From Thermotogota bacterium (GTDB lineage Bacteria; Thermotogota; Thermotogae; Petrotogales; Kosmotogaceae), in the NCBI GenBank assembly GCA_034660555.1, contig JAYEJL010000031.1, positions 1-20,463 of the forward strand: a stretch of DNA of 20,463 bases, in the 5' to 3' direction. Made by a program: the position numbers and the translations under genes. The notes under the pieces are model-generated. The model saw only the letters and a list, made by a program, of their open reading frames with translations. It ran no database searches and was not told the DNA's origin. Below, piece by piece: positions 1-9,316 of this stretch; within the stretch, counting starts at the first letter, position 1; each line of letters begins with the position of its first letter.

Positions 1-370
1 TCGTATATACAGGGAGTATCTACAAGGAATGTAAAAGAAGTATTATCCAGATTGGGAATCAAAAAAGTTGATTTCAGCAACCTTTAAAAGGATTCTTTTA
101 CAAATCATTCAGTTTCAAAGTTTATCCAAGAAATCACTGGAGAAGAATAAGAACAACCAATATGAATATGATGGAAAGACTAAATAAAGAACTTAAGAGA
201 CAATCAAAGGTAGTTGGTGCGTTTCCCAATGATGATTCACTCTTAAGATTGGTGGTATCTATACTAATTAACATAAATGAAAAATGGACAACTTCAAGGA
301 GATACCTAACTATGTAATATAACCTATTTTAGGATTCAGGTCATTTTTACAGCAGGTACTTGACACAACC
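1..370 (+). mobile_element. IS256-family element remnant (internally deleted transposase pseudogene plus right end); left part is outside the window
   Basis: Frame 1 (1-87) reads SYIQGVSTRNVKEVLSRLGI, an IS256 N-terminal-region motif, then TAA. Frame 3 (~120-317) reads YPRNHWRRIRTTNMNMMERLNKELKRQSKVVGAFPNDDSLLRLV...RRYLTM*, the IS256 C-terminus. TTTTACAGCAGGTACTTGACACAACC ending at 370 resembles an IS256 terminal IR. Confidence 0.85.
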
Positions 371-519
371 TTTTGCTCTCTTTTTTTATTTACCAAGTCG
401 TTTAAGATATTGGTGTAGATTTTTCTAAGTTATTTGAAAGATAGTTGATCGAATTTTCAACGGGCAAAGAAAACAACACAATCCCACCACAAAAACCATA
501 TATTAAAATGGACTACTCA

Positions 520-1482
520 TTAGTTAATTTTTTTAAAAAATTTCTCAAGTTCTTCTTTGTATGGCATTGATTCTGCGGCACCAACACGTGTTGCAACCAT
601 TGCTGCAGAGGCGTTCGCTCTTCTCAAAATCCTGCTGAGTGATTCCTCGTCCAAAGATCCTGGCTCATCATATTCAAGTAATCCTGAGATCAAGGCTGAC
701 ATGAAAGAGTCTCCACAACCGGTGGTTTCTGCCACATCAACGCTGTAACCTTGTTCAAATAGTTCCATACCTTTATAGAACAGTTTTGCCCCCTTTGATC
801 CCATTGTTAAGACAACAATAGTATTATCTTCAATTTCAAGAGTGCTTTTTGCACTTGTAAAACCTTTTGTTCCCGCAAGATATTGAAGATCGTCATCACT
901 CAATTTCAAAAGATCTACATTTCTTATTAGCCTTACAACAAGATCAGTGAATGACTCTTTGTTTTTTATTAATGAAGGTCTTACATTGGGATCAAAGGAA
1001 ACAAAGACATTTTCTTCTTTCATTTTCTTTGATAAATACTCCATTGTTCTGGCGGTCTTACTTTCCAGTACGGTGGTTGAACCAAAATGAAAGAGATCAT
1101 ATCCTTCACATGAAATTTCCGAAACATCTTTAATATCAACCTGCGCTATTTCCCTTTTATCTTTATGAAAATCGAAAGAAGGCTTTCCTTCATAATCAAC
1201 TGAAGCGAAAGCAAGAGTGGTGTTTAAACCTGCTACTTGAGATATCCATTTATCGTCAATATTTTCTTCCTTTAAAACGTTCTTTAGATACTTACCAAAT
1301 TCATCGTTGCCTACTTTTGCCAGGAATGAAACCCTGTTACCCAATCTTGAAAGCCCAACAGCAACATTGAATATTGAGCCACCTGCCCTTTTTTCAAATA
1401 AATCAGACTCAGCTACTGTTTTTCCTTTATCTTTTGATATGAAGTCTATCAGAATATCTCCAAAACACAGTATCTTTTTCAT
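520..1482 (-). CDS. PfkB-family carbohydrate kinase, fructokinase-like
   Basis: ILCFGDILID, AGGSIFNVAVGLSRLG, GNDEFG, SFDPNVR, LKLSDDD and ETTGCGDSF PfkB motifs; GAGGTG RBS upstream. Confidence 0.9.
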   Translation of the reverse strand: MKKILCFGDILIDFISKDKGKTVAESDLFEKRAGGSIFNVAVGLSRLGNRVSFLAKVGNDEFGKYLKNVLKEENIDDKWISQVAGLNTTLAFASVDYEGKPSFDFHKDKREIAQVDIKDVSEISCEGYDLFHFGSTTVLESKTARTMEYLSKKMKEENVFVSFDPNVRPSLIKNKESFTDLVVRLIRNVDLLKLSDDDLQYLAGTKGFTSAKSTLEIEDNTIVVLTMGSKGAKLFYKGMELFEQGYSVDVAETTGCGDSFMSALISGLLEYDEPGSLDEESLSRILRRANASAAMVATRVGAAESMPYKEELEKFFKKIN

Positions 1483-1539
1483 CGGATCACCTCATTGAAA
1501 ACAATTAATGAGAATTAACAGTAACATATCTTTGGACAT

Positions 1540-3015
1540 TCAATAACTGAACATATCTAATACACTATCAAATCTTTCACGTAAATCATTATATAGTTCA
1601 GTGAATTCAGGATAAATCTTCCTATAGATTTCAGCTGACTCAACATCGGGTTCTACAACTCTATCCACTTTTATCCAGGAAAGGACGTCGCTTAAATCCA
1701 TTCCATCGCCCATCGCAGATAGCATGGCTGCACCATAGACACCACCTTCGTCCATTTTAGGGACTTCAACAGGATATTCAAATATTGAAGCTAAGATTTT
1801 ACACCATACAGGATTTTTAGCTCCTCCTCCGACAACCCTTACCCTACCGACTTCCGTTTTTTCTTTTATAAGTTCAAATGAATCCTTTAATCCGAAGGTA
1901 ATTCCCTCAATCACTGACCTCATAACATCGCTGTTGTTATTCACAGAAGAGAGTCCAAAAAGAACACCACGCGCATTGGGATTTCTATGTGGAGTTCTCT
2001 CACCGTTTAGATAAGGTAAAAAGATGAGTCCTCTTGATCCTGGGACACTGTTCGTAATCATCTCTTCTATCTCTTTCCAGGATCTTCCTTCAAAAAATTC
2101 ATCCTTGAACCAATTTGCTGAATGCGCTGCAGAAAGCATAACCCCCATAAAATATGACTTTTCAGGAAGTACATGATTGAAATAATGAATTTTTCCCGAC
2201 TCATCGGGTTTATTAGAATCCGTCACGGTAAGTACTGTCCCGGAGGTACCTATGCTTACCATAGTATCACCGGTTCTGGCCACTCCAATTCCCAAAGCTG
2301 CTGAAGCATTATCAGCACCTCCGGAAATTACCGGAACCTTTTTCCACCCAAGTTCCTTTAGAATTGAATCTTTTAAAAAACCTCTAATAGACTTACTGGA
2401 AAAAATCTTGGGAAACAATGTTTCCGGAAGGTCAAGTTCTTTTATTAATTCTTTGTCCCATTCACGTGTTTTGACATTGTATGCAGCTGTTCCCGAAGCG
2501 TCTGACCACTCAATACCCTTTACTCCCGTTAATCGATAAATTACGTAATCCTTCGCAAGCAGAAAACTGCTCATTTTTTCGAATTTCAACGGCTCATTTT
2601 TCTTAAGCCAGAGAATTTTTGGGAGGGTAAATCCTTCAAGTATTGGGTTCCCAATCCTTTCAATAACTCTCTTTTCTCCACCAAGGATCTTTGTTGCCTC
2701 TTTACATTCAGCTGTCGTCCTCTGATCACACCAGAGAATAGCCGGTCTAATTACTTTATCATTGTTGTCAAGGGAAACCAGACTGTGCATTTGTCCTGAG
2801 AAGCTCATCGCATTTATATCGTGTCTGCATGAAATCTTTTCAAGTAACTTCATTGTTCCACTAAACCAATCCTCTGGATCCTGTTCAGCCCAGGCCGGCT
2901 TTGGTGCGTTTAATCGCAAACTTTTGCTGAACATATCAAGCACAGAACCAGCTTCATTTACAACCAGTGCCTTGATCGCAGTTGTTCCAATATCTATTCC
3001 AAGGTATTTTTTCAT
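1540..3015 (-). CDS. xylB: Xylulokinase (FGGY family)
   Basis: LGIDIGTTAIK, SGQMHSLV, RPAILWCDQRT, GFTLPKILW, SIGTSGTV and FLPYLNGERTPH motifs typical of XylB; GGAGG RBS. Confidence 0.9.
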   Translation of the reverse strand: MKKYLGIDIGTTAIKALVVNEAGSVLDMFSKSLRLNAPKPAWAEQDPEDWFSGTMKLLEKISCRHDINAMSFSGQMHSLVSLDNNDKVIRPAILWCDQRTTAECKEATKILGGEKRVIERIGNPILEGFTLPKILWLKKNEPLKFEKMSSFLLAKDYVIYRLTGVKGIEWSDASGTAAYNVKTREWDKELIKELDLPETLFPKIFSSKSIRGFLKDSILKELGWKKVPVISGGADNASAALGIGVARTGDTMVSIGTSGTVLTVTDSNKPDESGKIHYFNHVLPEKSYFMGVMLSAAHSANWFKDEFFEGRSWKEIEEMITNSVPGSRGLIFLPYLNGERTPHRNPNARGVLFGLSSVNNNSDVMRSVIEGITFGLKDSFELIKEKTEVGRVRVVGGGAKNPVWCKILASIFEYPVEVPKMDEGGVYGAAMLSAMGDGMDLSDVLSWIKVDRVVEPDVESAEIYRKIYPEFTELYNDLRERFDSVLDMFSY

Positions 3016-3052
3016 GTAAACCTCCTAAAATGGCGCTTTTGGTGTCTATTTA

Positions 3053-3835
3053 TTAAAAGCTTATCTTATGTAGATTTAGACATTTATTGAAAGCTCCTCT
3101 AATATTTTTTGTCATATTCTGTGAAATTTTTACAGCATTAGAAAGGCTTTCTTTTTGTGTTTTTCCTTTAAGAAGCGATGCAATGAGTACAACATCAAAA
3201 ACATCTCCAGTTCCAACAGTGTAAGGATAATTTTTTCCATCACCTTTAACCTGTATGTCGTTCCAGGTAGCTCCAAATGGACCATTTTTAACAATATCAA
3301 AGTCTTCAATTTCTCCTAAATCATGATTACCAATAAAAATTGCATCAGCATTATTGTTGATGTCGATGTCCGCCCTTCTGATATTGAACAAAGGTCCCAT
3401 ATCAATAAATATTCTCCCAGTAAAACTGCTGCATATTTCCTTGAAGGAATGCATAGCTATCTCTGTATTTATAATAACAATATCTGCCCTTTCAATTGAA
3501 TCTTTTGTTATTCTTAAAGGTAATTTATTAACACCACGATCAATCGCAATAGGAACGTCTTCTTTTGAAATATGGTAACCTGTTCTTTCTTCAAGAACAT
3601 TTATTCCATGGATATTAAATTTATACTCCCTTAACCGTGAAAGAATCTCCTTTCCCTTCCAATCATTTCCAATATTAGAGATAAACTCAACATCGAAACC
3701 GAGTCTGAACAAACCAAAAGCTACGTTTAAACCCGAACCTCCGGGAGACTCAATTATTTTTGTATCGTGAGGTTCATCGCCATATATAAATACATCAAGA
3801 AAGGTTCCTCCAAATACGACAATCTTTTCATTCAC
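3053..3835 (-). CDS. Short, divergent PfkB-family carbohydrate kinase
   Basis: VVFGGTFLD, PGGSGLNVAFGL, GNDWKG and TVGTGDVF motifs. Start moved from 3895 to GTG at 3835, which has a GGAGTG RBS upstream (about 260 aa). Confidence 0.8.
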   Translation of the reverse strand: MNEKIVVFGGTFLDVFIYGDEPHDTKIIESPGGSGLNVAFGLFRLGFDVEFISNIGNDWKGKEILSRLREYKFNIHGINVLEERTGYHISKEDVPIAIDRGVNKLPLRITKDSIERADIVIINTEIAMHSFKEICSSFTGRIFIDMGPLFNIRRADIDINNNADAIFIGNHDLGEIEDFDIVKNGPFGATWNDIQVKGDGKNYPYTVGTGDVFDVVLIASLLKGKTQKESLSNAVKISQNMTKNIRGAFNKCLNLHKISF

Positions 3836-3859
3836 AGTAATCACTCCAGTTATCCAGCT

Positions 3860-3881
3860 TAATTGTATGATACAACAATTA
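3860..3881. promoter_or_regulatory. Candidate operator between the divergent sugar genes
   Basis: Perfect palindrome TTGTAT-G-ATACAA (3863-3875) overlapping TAATTGT-N8-ACAATTA (3860-3881), in the 81-bp divergent intergenic region. Confidence 0.4.
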
Positions 3882-3916
3882 TATACACCATTCATTTCAT
3901 TTTTAGGAGTGATTTA

Positions 3917-4468
3917 ATGGATAAGCAAACAGTAACTAAATCCCGAAATAGAGCCGTTGAGTACTTAAGTAATGCCTGTATTGCAGTCAAGGAAAAAGAA
4001 ATAAATAATATGGAAATAACAGATTTTGGACTTGGTTGTCATGAAAAATAGGATTGCAATTACTCGTGTATATCAATACAGAAAGAGTGTGAGCCAAAGA
4101 AATCATTCTTTTTCCCGGTCAGGTATGCCCTGAACACAAACACTCCTTTTAAAAACGAAATGGGAAAAGAAGAAACCTTCCGCTGCCGCTGGGGAACTGT
4201 TTATCTTTACATCCCCGAAAAACCTTGTAAAAGCCCGAAAGCATCTATCCCTGAAGTATTCAGTAAATATTTCACAGTATTTCACAAAATAATTCTTAAT
4301 CCCGGTGATCAATATACGCTAAAGCCTGAAACTCTACACTGGTTTCAAGCTGGAAATGAAGGAGCCATAATATCTGAATTCTCAACAACAAGTAGAGATG
4401 AGTACGACATATTTACAGACCCCAGAAAGAAAGTAACATTAAACTGCTTTGATTCATGTGTTGACTAA
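3917..4468 (+). pseudogene. D-lyxose/D-mannose ketol-isomerase (cupin) pseudogene
   Basis: Stitched frames give MDKQ...EITDFGLG / [30 protein letters not shown] / GKEETFRCRWGTVYLY...LNPGDQYTL..HWFQAG..GAIISEFSTTSRDEYDIFTDPR. Lesions: 1-nt loss in the A-run at 4044-4048, in-frame TGA at 4090-4092 and a frameshift near 4144. AGGAG RBS precedes ATG 3917. Confidence 0.88.
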
Positions 4469-4489
4469 CTATAAATATTATTGTAGAAT
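4461..4489 (+). promoter_or_regulatory. Sigma70-type promoter of zur-znuACB
   Basis: TTGACT (4461-4466), 17-nt spacer, TAGAAT (4484-4489). Confidence 0.7.
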
Positions 4490-4493
4490 ATAT

Positions 4494-4519
4494 GCAAACA
4501 ATTTGCGCAAATCATTTGC
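4494..4519. promoter_or_regulatory. Tandem palindromic Zur/Fur-family operator boxes
   Basis: Two abutting GCAAA-N3-TTTGC palindromes (4494-4506 and 4507-4519) between the -10 box and the GAGGTG RBS of the Fur-family gene. Confidence 0.7.
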
Positions 4520-4531
4520 GAGGTGTATTGA

Positions 4532-4915
4532 ATGAAAGGTTTTACTCCTTTAAGGAAAAAAATCTATAAAATGATAAAAGATAATGATTCTCCTATAAAC
4601 GCTGATACAATCCACAAAAAATTGGACATCAAGCCTGATCTATCTTCAATCTACAGAGCTTTGAATTACCTTGAAAAAAAGGGTATGGTCAAATCTTTGA
4701 CATTCAATACAAAAATAAACTATTATTACACTCCAAAGAAGCATCCCCATCATTTTCTTTACTGCAAGAAGTGTGGAAAAACGGAAAGTTTTGACGTTTG
4801 TCTCGCAAATGAAATACAGAATAGGATTGAAGATACACACAACTTTAAAATAACTGGCCATGTATTTTACTTCATTGGTATTTGCAAAGAATGTATGAAA
4901 AGGGGTGGAAAATGA
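4532..4915 (+). CDS. zur: Fur-family transcriptional repressor, Zur by context
   Basis: TPLRKKI, LSSIYRALNYL HTH, HPHHFLYCKKCG and CKEC zinc motifs; first gene of a znuACB operon. Confidence 0.85.
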   Translation: MKGFTPLRKKIYKMIKDNDSPINADTIHKKLDIKPDLSSIYRALNYLEKKGMVKSLTFNTKINYYYTPKKHPHHFLYCKKCGKTESFDVCLANEIQNRIEDTHNFKITGHVFYFIGICKECMKRGGK

Positions 4916-5769
4916 TGCGAGCAAAAATCTTGTTAACAATATTCATTATGCTACTATATTCAGTCTTTTCAATAAACATCGCGACCACAATTAATCCATA
5001 CTATCTTATAGTTAAGGAGCTTGTTAATAATAGCGCAAACATCAGTGTGATTATAGAGCCTGGTGAAAACCCACATACGTATTCACCCACAATAAATGAT
5101 ATTAAAAAATTAAGATCTGCTGATCTAATATTGGCCAACGGTCTTTCGCTTGAACTCTATCTGGAAGATACATTGAAAGATATAAATAATCAAAATTCAA
5201 ATGTGCTCTATGTTTCTGACCTTATAGAAAATCTCGCTAATGACGTTCAAAAAGAAAATTCGTCTCATATAAACCCACATATATGGCTAAGTCTTGACTT
5301 TATGATTGAACAAATTATCCCCGGGTTAACAGATAAACTTATTGAAGTGGACTCCGCTAACAAGGCTTTTTATAGAACCAGTTCGGAGAAATTGATCGAG
5401 GACCTAAGTAAAATTAGAAATAGTGCTTCCACTCTTCTAAAGGATTATAAAGGTACAAACGTGTTACTTTCACATCCCAGTTTCAAATACTTTTTTACCG
5501 ATTTCGGGATAAAAGAATATGCAATATTTGAAGGTCACGGTGATGAACCAACCATAAAAGAATTGAGATCATTTATTGAAAAAGCCAATAATGGTGAATT
5601 CATAGCTATTTTTGGAGAAAAACAGCAAAATATTGAACCCGTACAGGTAATTGTAAAATCAACTAACCTAAACATGGGTATTCTAGATCCATTAGGTGTT
5701 GCCGCTCAAAACATTGTTGAACTTTTTATATACAACCTCAAGGAAATAGAGGAGGCATTGAATGAGTAA
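4912..5769 (+). CDS. znuA: Zn/Mn ABC transporter substrate-binding protein
   Basis: Signal peptide; PGENPHTYSP, NPHIWLS, SHPSFKYF and LDPLG metal-ligand motifs. Start placed at ATG 4912 (ATGA overlap with the zur stop). Confidence 0.88.
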   Translation: MMRAKILLTIFIMLLYSVFSINIATTINPYYLIVKELVNNSANISVIIEPGENPHTYSPTINDIKKLRSADLILANGLSLELYLEDTLKDINNQNSNVLYVSDLIENLANDVQKENSSHINPHIWLSLDFMIEQIIPGLTDKLIEVDSANKAFYRTSSEKLIEDLSKIRNSASTLLKDYKGTNVLLSHPSFKYFFTDFGIKEYAIFEGHGDEPTIKELRSFIEKANNGEFIAIFGEKQQNIEPVQVIVKSTNLNMGILDPLGVAAQNIVELFIYNLKEIEEALNE

Positions 5770-6505
5770 TGATAAATTGCTCGAAGTAAAGAATCTTTCC
5801 TACAGCATTGGTGAAAACATAATTTTAAAGAATGTTTCCTTTGACGTATATCGAGGAACCATGCTAGGAATAATCGGTCCAAACGGTGCTGGGAAAACAA
5901 CTTTGGTTAAAGCTATCGTAGGAGATCTTGAGGATTTTGAAGGAGCTATAAAAAGTAGCGGAAAAATAGGTTATCTTCCTCAAAGGACCGAGTTTGAACG
6001 ATCTTTTCCCATTAATGTAAAGGAAATTGTTGCCATGGGACTGTATGAAAAAAGAGGTACTTTACGTTATTTTAAAAAAGAGGACTGGAAAGAAATTGAA
6101 GCACTTCTTGGAAATGTTGGAATAAAAAAGCTTAAAAACAGGAGAATTGGCACACTCTCAGGTGGTGAATACCAGAGGGCAATGCTGGCAAGAGCACTTG
6201 CGAAACAACCTAATCTTTTGATACTCGATGAACCTGAAGCGGGGATAGATGAAATGGGAAAGGCTTCATTCTACAATCTCCTTGATAATCTGAAAAAATC
6301 AAAAAATATTTCTATACTTATGGTTAGTCATGATATAGGAATGGTTTTTGACGCCTGTGATAGTATTCTTTGTCTGAACAAAACTCTGCACTGTCATAAA
6401 GCCTCGGAAAATGTTTCTCCCGAGGATTTAACCAAAATATTCTCACCTGACTTTGACCTAATTCTCAGGGGTAAAGAACACGCAAAAAGGGAGCACAAAC
6501 TATGA
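5762..6505 (+). CDS. znuC: Zn ABC transporter ATP-binding protein
   Basis: GPNGAGKTT, GYLPQR, LSGGEYQR, LILDEP, VSHD and C-terminal CLNKTLHCH. Confidence 0.9.
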   Translation: MSNDKLLEVKNLSYSIGENIILKNVSFDVYRGTMLGIIGPNGAGKTTLVKAIVGDLEDFEGAIKSSGKIGYLPQRTEFERSFPINVKEIVAMGLYEKRGTLRYFKKEDWKEIEALLGNVGIKKLKNRRIGTLSGGEYQRAMLARALAKQPNLLILDEPEAGIDEMGKASFYNLLDNLKKSKNISILMVSHDIGMVFDACDSILCLNKTLHCHKASENVSPEDLTKIFSPDFDLILRGKEHAKREHKL

Positions 6506-7323
6506 ATTTTTTTTCAGATATATTCGCACTTGATTTTCTTTTTCTGGCATTTATTGCAGCATTGTTGGTCAGTTTTGTGACAGGTCTCTTTTCAACCGTA
6601 GTTGTACTAAGGAAAATCGAATTTATTGGTGATGGCGCTGCTCACGCAGCTTTTGGAGGTCTGGCTTTAGGATTTTTAATTGGCGTCAATACCAGATTGA
6701 TAGCCATATTAACAGCCATCATCTTTGCGGTTGTAATCAATCTGTTCAGCAAAAAAGGTTATTTGAGTGAAAATAGCATGATAGGAATCCTTTTGCCTTT
6801 ATCAATGGCATTGGGTATAATATTTCTATCATTCGTTGAAGGGTACACTCCTGATGTTATGAGTTATCTATTTGGAAATATTCTGCTAGTTTCAATGACA
6901 GACATCTGGATCCTTGCCATAATTGCAATAGTTTCAGGAATTTCCTTTTTGCTATTTCATAGAGAAATACTTTATTACTCTTTTGATGAAACACTTGCGA
7001 GACATTCCGGGATAAATGTTCCCCTTGTAAATTTTTTCGTTCTAATAGGTGTGTCAGTGAGTATAGTGGCTTCGGTAAAAATCGCTGGAATAATACTTGT
7101 AACAGCTTTTCTGGTAACACCTGCGGTAATAGCAAAAAGGCTTGCGAAAACCTTTAAAGGAATAGTATTCACTGCAATTACCTTCAGCCTTTTGTCATCA
7201 GTACTGGGATTATGGGGTGCATATGAATTTGAAATATCCCCCGGTCCATCAATAGTTGTGGTACTATTTATAGCATTTGTATCTGTTTATTTAATTACGT
7301 TGAAAAGAAAAGATATTCAGTGA
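6502..7323 (+). CDS. znuB: Zn ABC transporter permease
   Basis: GDGAAHAAFGG, SYLFGNIL, FDETLA..SG and PGPSIV ABC-3 permease motifs; multiple TM segments. Confidence 0.9.
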   Translation: MNFFSDIFALDFLFLAFIAALLVSFVTGLFSTVVVLRKIEFIGDGAAHAAFGGLALGFLIGVNTRLIAILTAIIFAVVINLFSKKGYLSENSMIGILLPLSMALGIIFLSFVEGYTPDVMSYLFGNILLVSMTDIWILAIIAIVSGISFLLFHREILYYSFDETLARHSGINVPLVNFFVLIGVSVSIVASVKIAGIILVTAFLVTPAVIAKRLAKTFKGIVFTAITFSLLSSVLGLWGAYEFEISPGPSIVVVLFIAFVSVYLITLKRKDIQ

Positions 7324-8387
7324 ATGTGAGGTACTCTCTCTGACATATCCTCATCATCTTCAATATTTTCAACTAACCAATCGATAGTTAAAATATATTG
7401 ATCATCTGGAATGACTTCCTGTCCGATTTTGACTTCGCCCGATTGGCTTTTTAAAGGACCTTCAAATACGTGAAAACTTTTTAGAATCATGTCAATACGA
7501 TATTTTTCTATCAATCTTCTGGTTTCCGAACTAACAACACTATTTAGTGGAGCCAGTTCAACAATACCTGATTCAATACCGGGCCATAGCACTTCACTTT
7601 TCCAGTTTCCATGAATTACACTTTCAACAATGTCTAGATATAGTTGCCCCCAATATCATACGGGAGCTGTCAGGTGGGAATCAAAAGCATATTTTGACAT
7701 ATCATGGTTATAACCTATTGACCAGACTCCGTATTCATCAGCAGTTATATTTACTGTTGCCGTATCCATACAATAAGCAATAACATCTACTCCATGTTCA
7801 ATAAGTTTTTCAGTTGCTTCTACTTCTTTTTCTTTATCAGTCCATTCCCCTATCCATTCTGTTAAAACTCTTGTATTATTATTGGCTTTCATGACTCCTA
7901 TCGCAAAGGCATTGATCCCCCTCACTACTTCTGGAATTTTCACAGGTGCACCATAACCCACAAGATTTGTTTTACTTATCTTTCCAGCAACAAGTCCGGC
8001 AAGAAAATCAGCCTGGTACATTCTACCGAAGTATGTCCCTACATTTTCAGAACGTTTATAACCGGAACAGTGCATAAAGATTACATCAGGGTATTCAGCT
8101 GCAACTTCAAGCACGGAATCCATATAGTCATAACTAGTTGCAAATATTAGATCGCATCCATCTTCAGCCAGTTTGCGCAATTTTTCAGCTGATTCTTCTC
8201 CTCCAGGTACATTTTCGTAGTATTCAGTGTCAAGGTCTGTGAACATCATTTCAATATACTGTCTTCCTAATTCATGGGCATAAGACCAGCCACAGTCTTC
8301 TATCGGACCAATGTAGATAAATCCAACCTTAAAACAAAATGCAGTTGAAACCAAGATTATAGATAAAAACATGAATCTTCTCTTCAT
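7317..8387 (-). pseudogene. BMP-family (purine/nucleoside-type) ABC substrate-binding protein with one internal TGA
   Basis: KVGFIYIGPIED.GWSYAHELGR, IFATSYDY, FGRMYQ..FLAG and RGINAFAIG motifs. The frame continues past TGA (7656-7658) as HLTAPV*YWGQLYLDIVESVIHGNWKSEVLWPGIESG and joins ORF 7317-7592 in frame. Confidence 0.85.
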
Positions 8388-8470
8388 TTCTCACAGCACC
8401 TTTGAGAAATCAAACCATTACAAAATAATATAGCAGTTATTTTTCAGTAAAATCAATTAGCGCAGCCACA

Positions 8471-8499
8471 TTGACAAAAATTGTACTATTTGATATAGT
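8471..8499 (+). promoter_or_regulatory. Sigma70 promoter with extended -10 for the ABC/GntR operon
   Basis: TTGACA (8471-8476), 17-nt spacer, TG at 8491-8492, TATAGT (8494-8499). Confidence 0.8.
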
Positions 8500-8502
8500 A
8501 CA
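8482..8502. promoter_or_regulatory. YtrA-type GntR operator
   Basis: Perfect inverted repeat TGTACTAT-N5-ATAGTACA overlapping the -10 box; fits the TGTA-N13-TACA layout of YtrA-subfamily sites. Confidence 0.75.
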
Positions 8503-8532
8503 GATAAACAGTTTTATTTTGGAGGGATTGCT

Positions 8533-9303
8533 GTGTTCTGGAAAGAGTGGTATGACTTAAGATTGAGGTTTTTTATCATTCTTATTGTGTTTATATTTAT
8601 GCTTATTATGACCATAGCTATGAGACCCTACACATCTACTATGATGGATCAAATATCCGAAGAATTTAATAATCTGCCTGATTTCTTAAAAAACCTAATC
8701 GGTGACCCAAAATTACTGAATAAACTTGAGAACGATGATTTTTATCTTCTCAGCCAGTGGTTCGGTAAAAATCTTGGTCAATTTCTTCCAATCATTGCAC
8801 TGATAATAGCATTCCCGATTTTTGCACGGGAAACAGAAAAGAAGACTATATATTTTATTCTATCTCGAATGAAACGTGAGAAAGTATTCTGGTCCAAGTA
8901 CATAACGGGACTCTCTTTTACCAAAATACTTATTGGTACTCTTACTTTACTTGCTCCGCTGGGGATGAGAATTGCAGGTTACGACGTTCATATATGCAAA
9001 CCACTTTTGATACTTGTTCATGAAGTAATTGCTATGCTATTTCTTTACTCACTCTATATAATGTTTTCAATCATTTTCAATGACCAGGTTAAACCAATAT
9101 TAGCTGGTCTGGTTACGGTATTTATCATGCCTATTTTCTCTTTTTTTCAATCACTTTCGTTTCTCAATATCTATCCATATCTTATGGGACAGAGTGTCAT
9201 TAACAATCATGGGATAGACTGGAATTATTCAATTGTCCTTCTTGCATTAAGTACTGTTCTAATATTTATCGACAAAAAACTCTTTATGATCAAAGAATTT
9301 TAA
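8533..9303 (+). CDS. ABC-2-type exporter permease
   Basis: MFWKEW start, about 6 TM segments, FARETEKKTIYFILS...REKVFWSK motif; GGAGGG RBS. Confidence 0.8.
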   Translation: MFWKEWYDLRLRFFIILIVFIFMLIMTIAMRPYTSTMMDQISEEFNNLPDFLKNLIGDPKLLNKLENDDFYLLSQWFGKNLGQFLPIIALIIAFPIFARETEKKTIYFILSRMKREKVFWSKYITGLSFTKILIGTLTLLAPLGMRIAGYDVHICKPLLILVHEVIAMLFLYSLYIMFSIIFNDQVKPILAGLVTVFIMPIFSFFQSLSFLNIYPYLMGQSVINNHGIDWNYSIVLLALSTVLIFIDKKLFMIKEF

Positions 9304-9316
9304 ACAGGTGATATAA

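Noticed and set aside
371..519. Possible ncRNA or terminator between IS256 and the fructokinase gene
   Set aside because: Only T- and A-rich tracts are present and no stable stem was found by eye.
3839..3914. Inverted repeat AATCACTCC ... GGAGTGATT
   Set aside because: It is explained by the two Shine-Dalgarno sequences of the divergent genes.
3836..3916. Extended starts at 3895 (minus) and 3863 (plus) given by the ORF track
   Set aside because: They would make the divergent genes overlap; RBS-supported starts are at 3835 and 3917.
4090..7658. Two in-frame TGA codons (at a Cys-expected site, 4090, and a Trp-expected site, 7656) suggesting selenocysteine or UGA=Trp recoding
   Set aside because: TGA is the normal stop of xylB, zur, znuC, znuB and others here, and TGG is used for Trp. 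The isomerase also has two frameshifts, so nonsense mutation is simpler.
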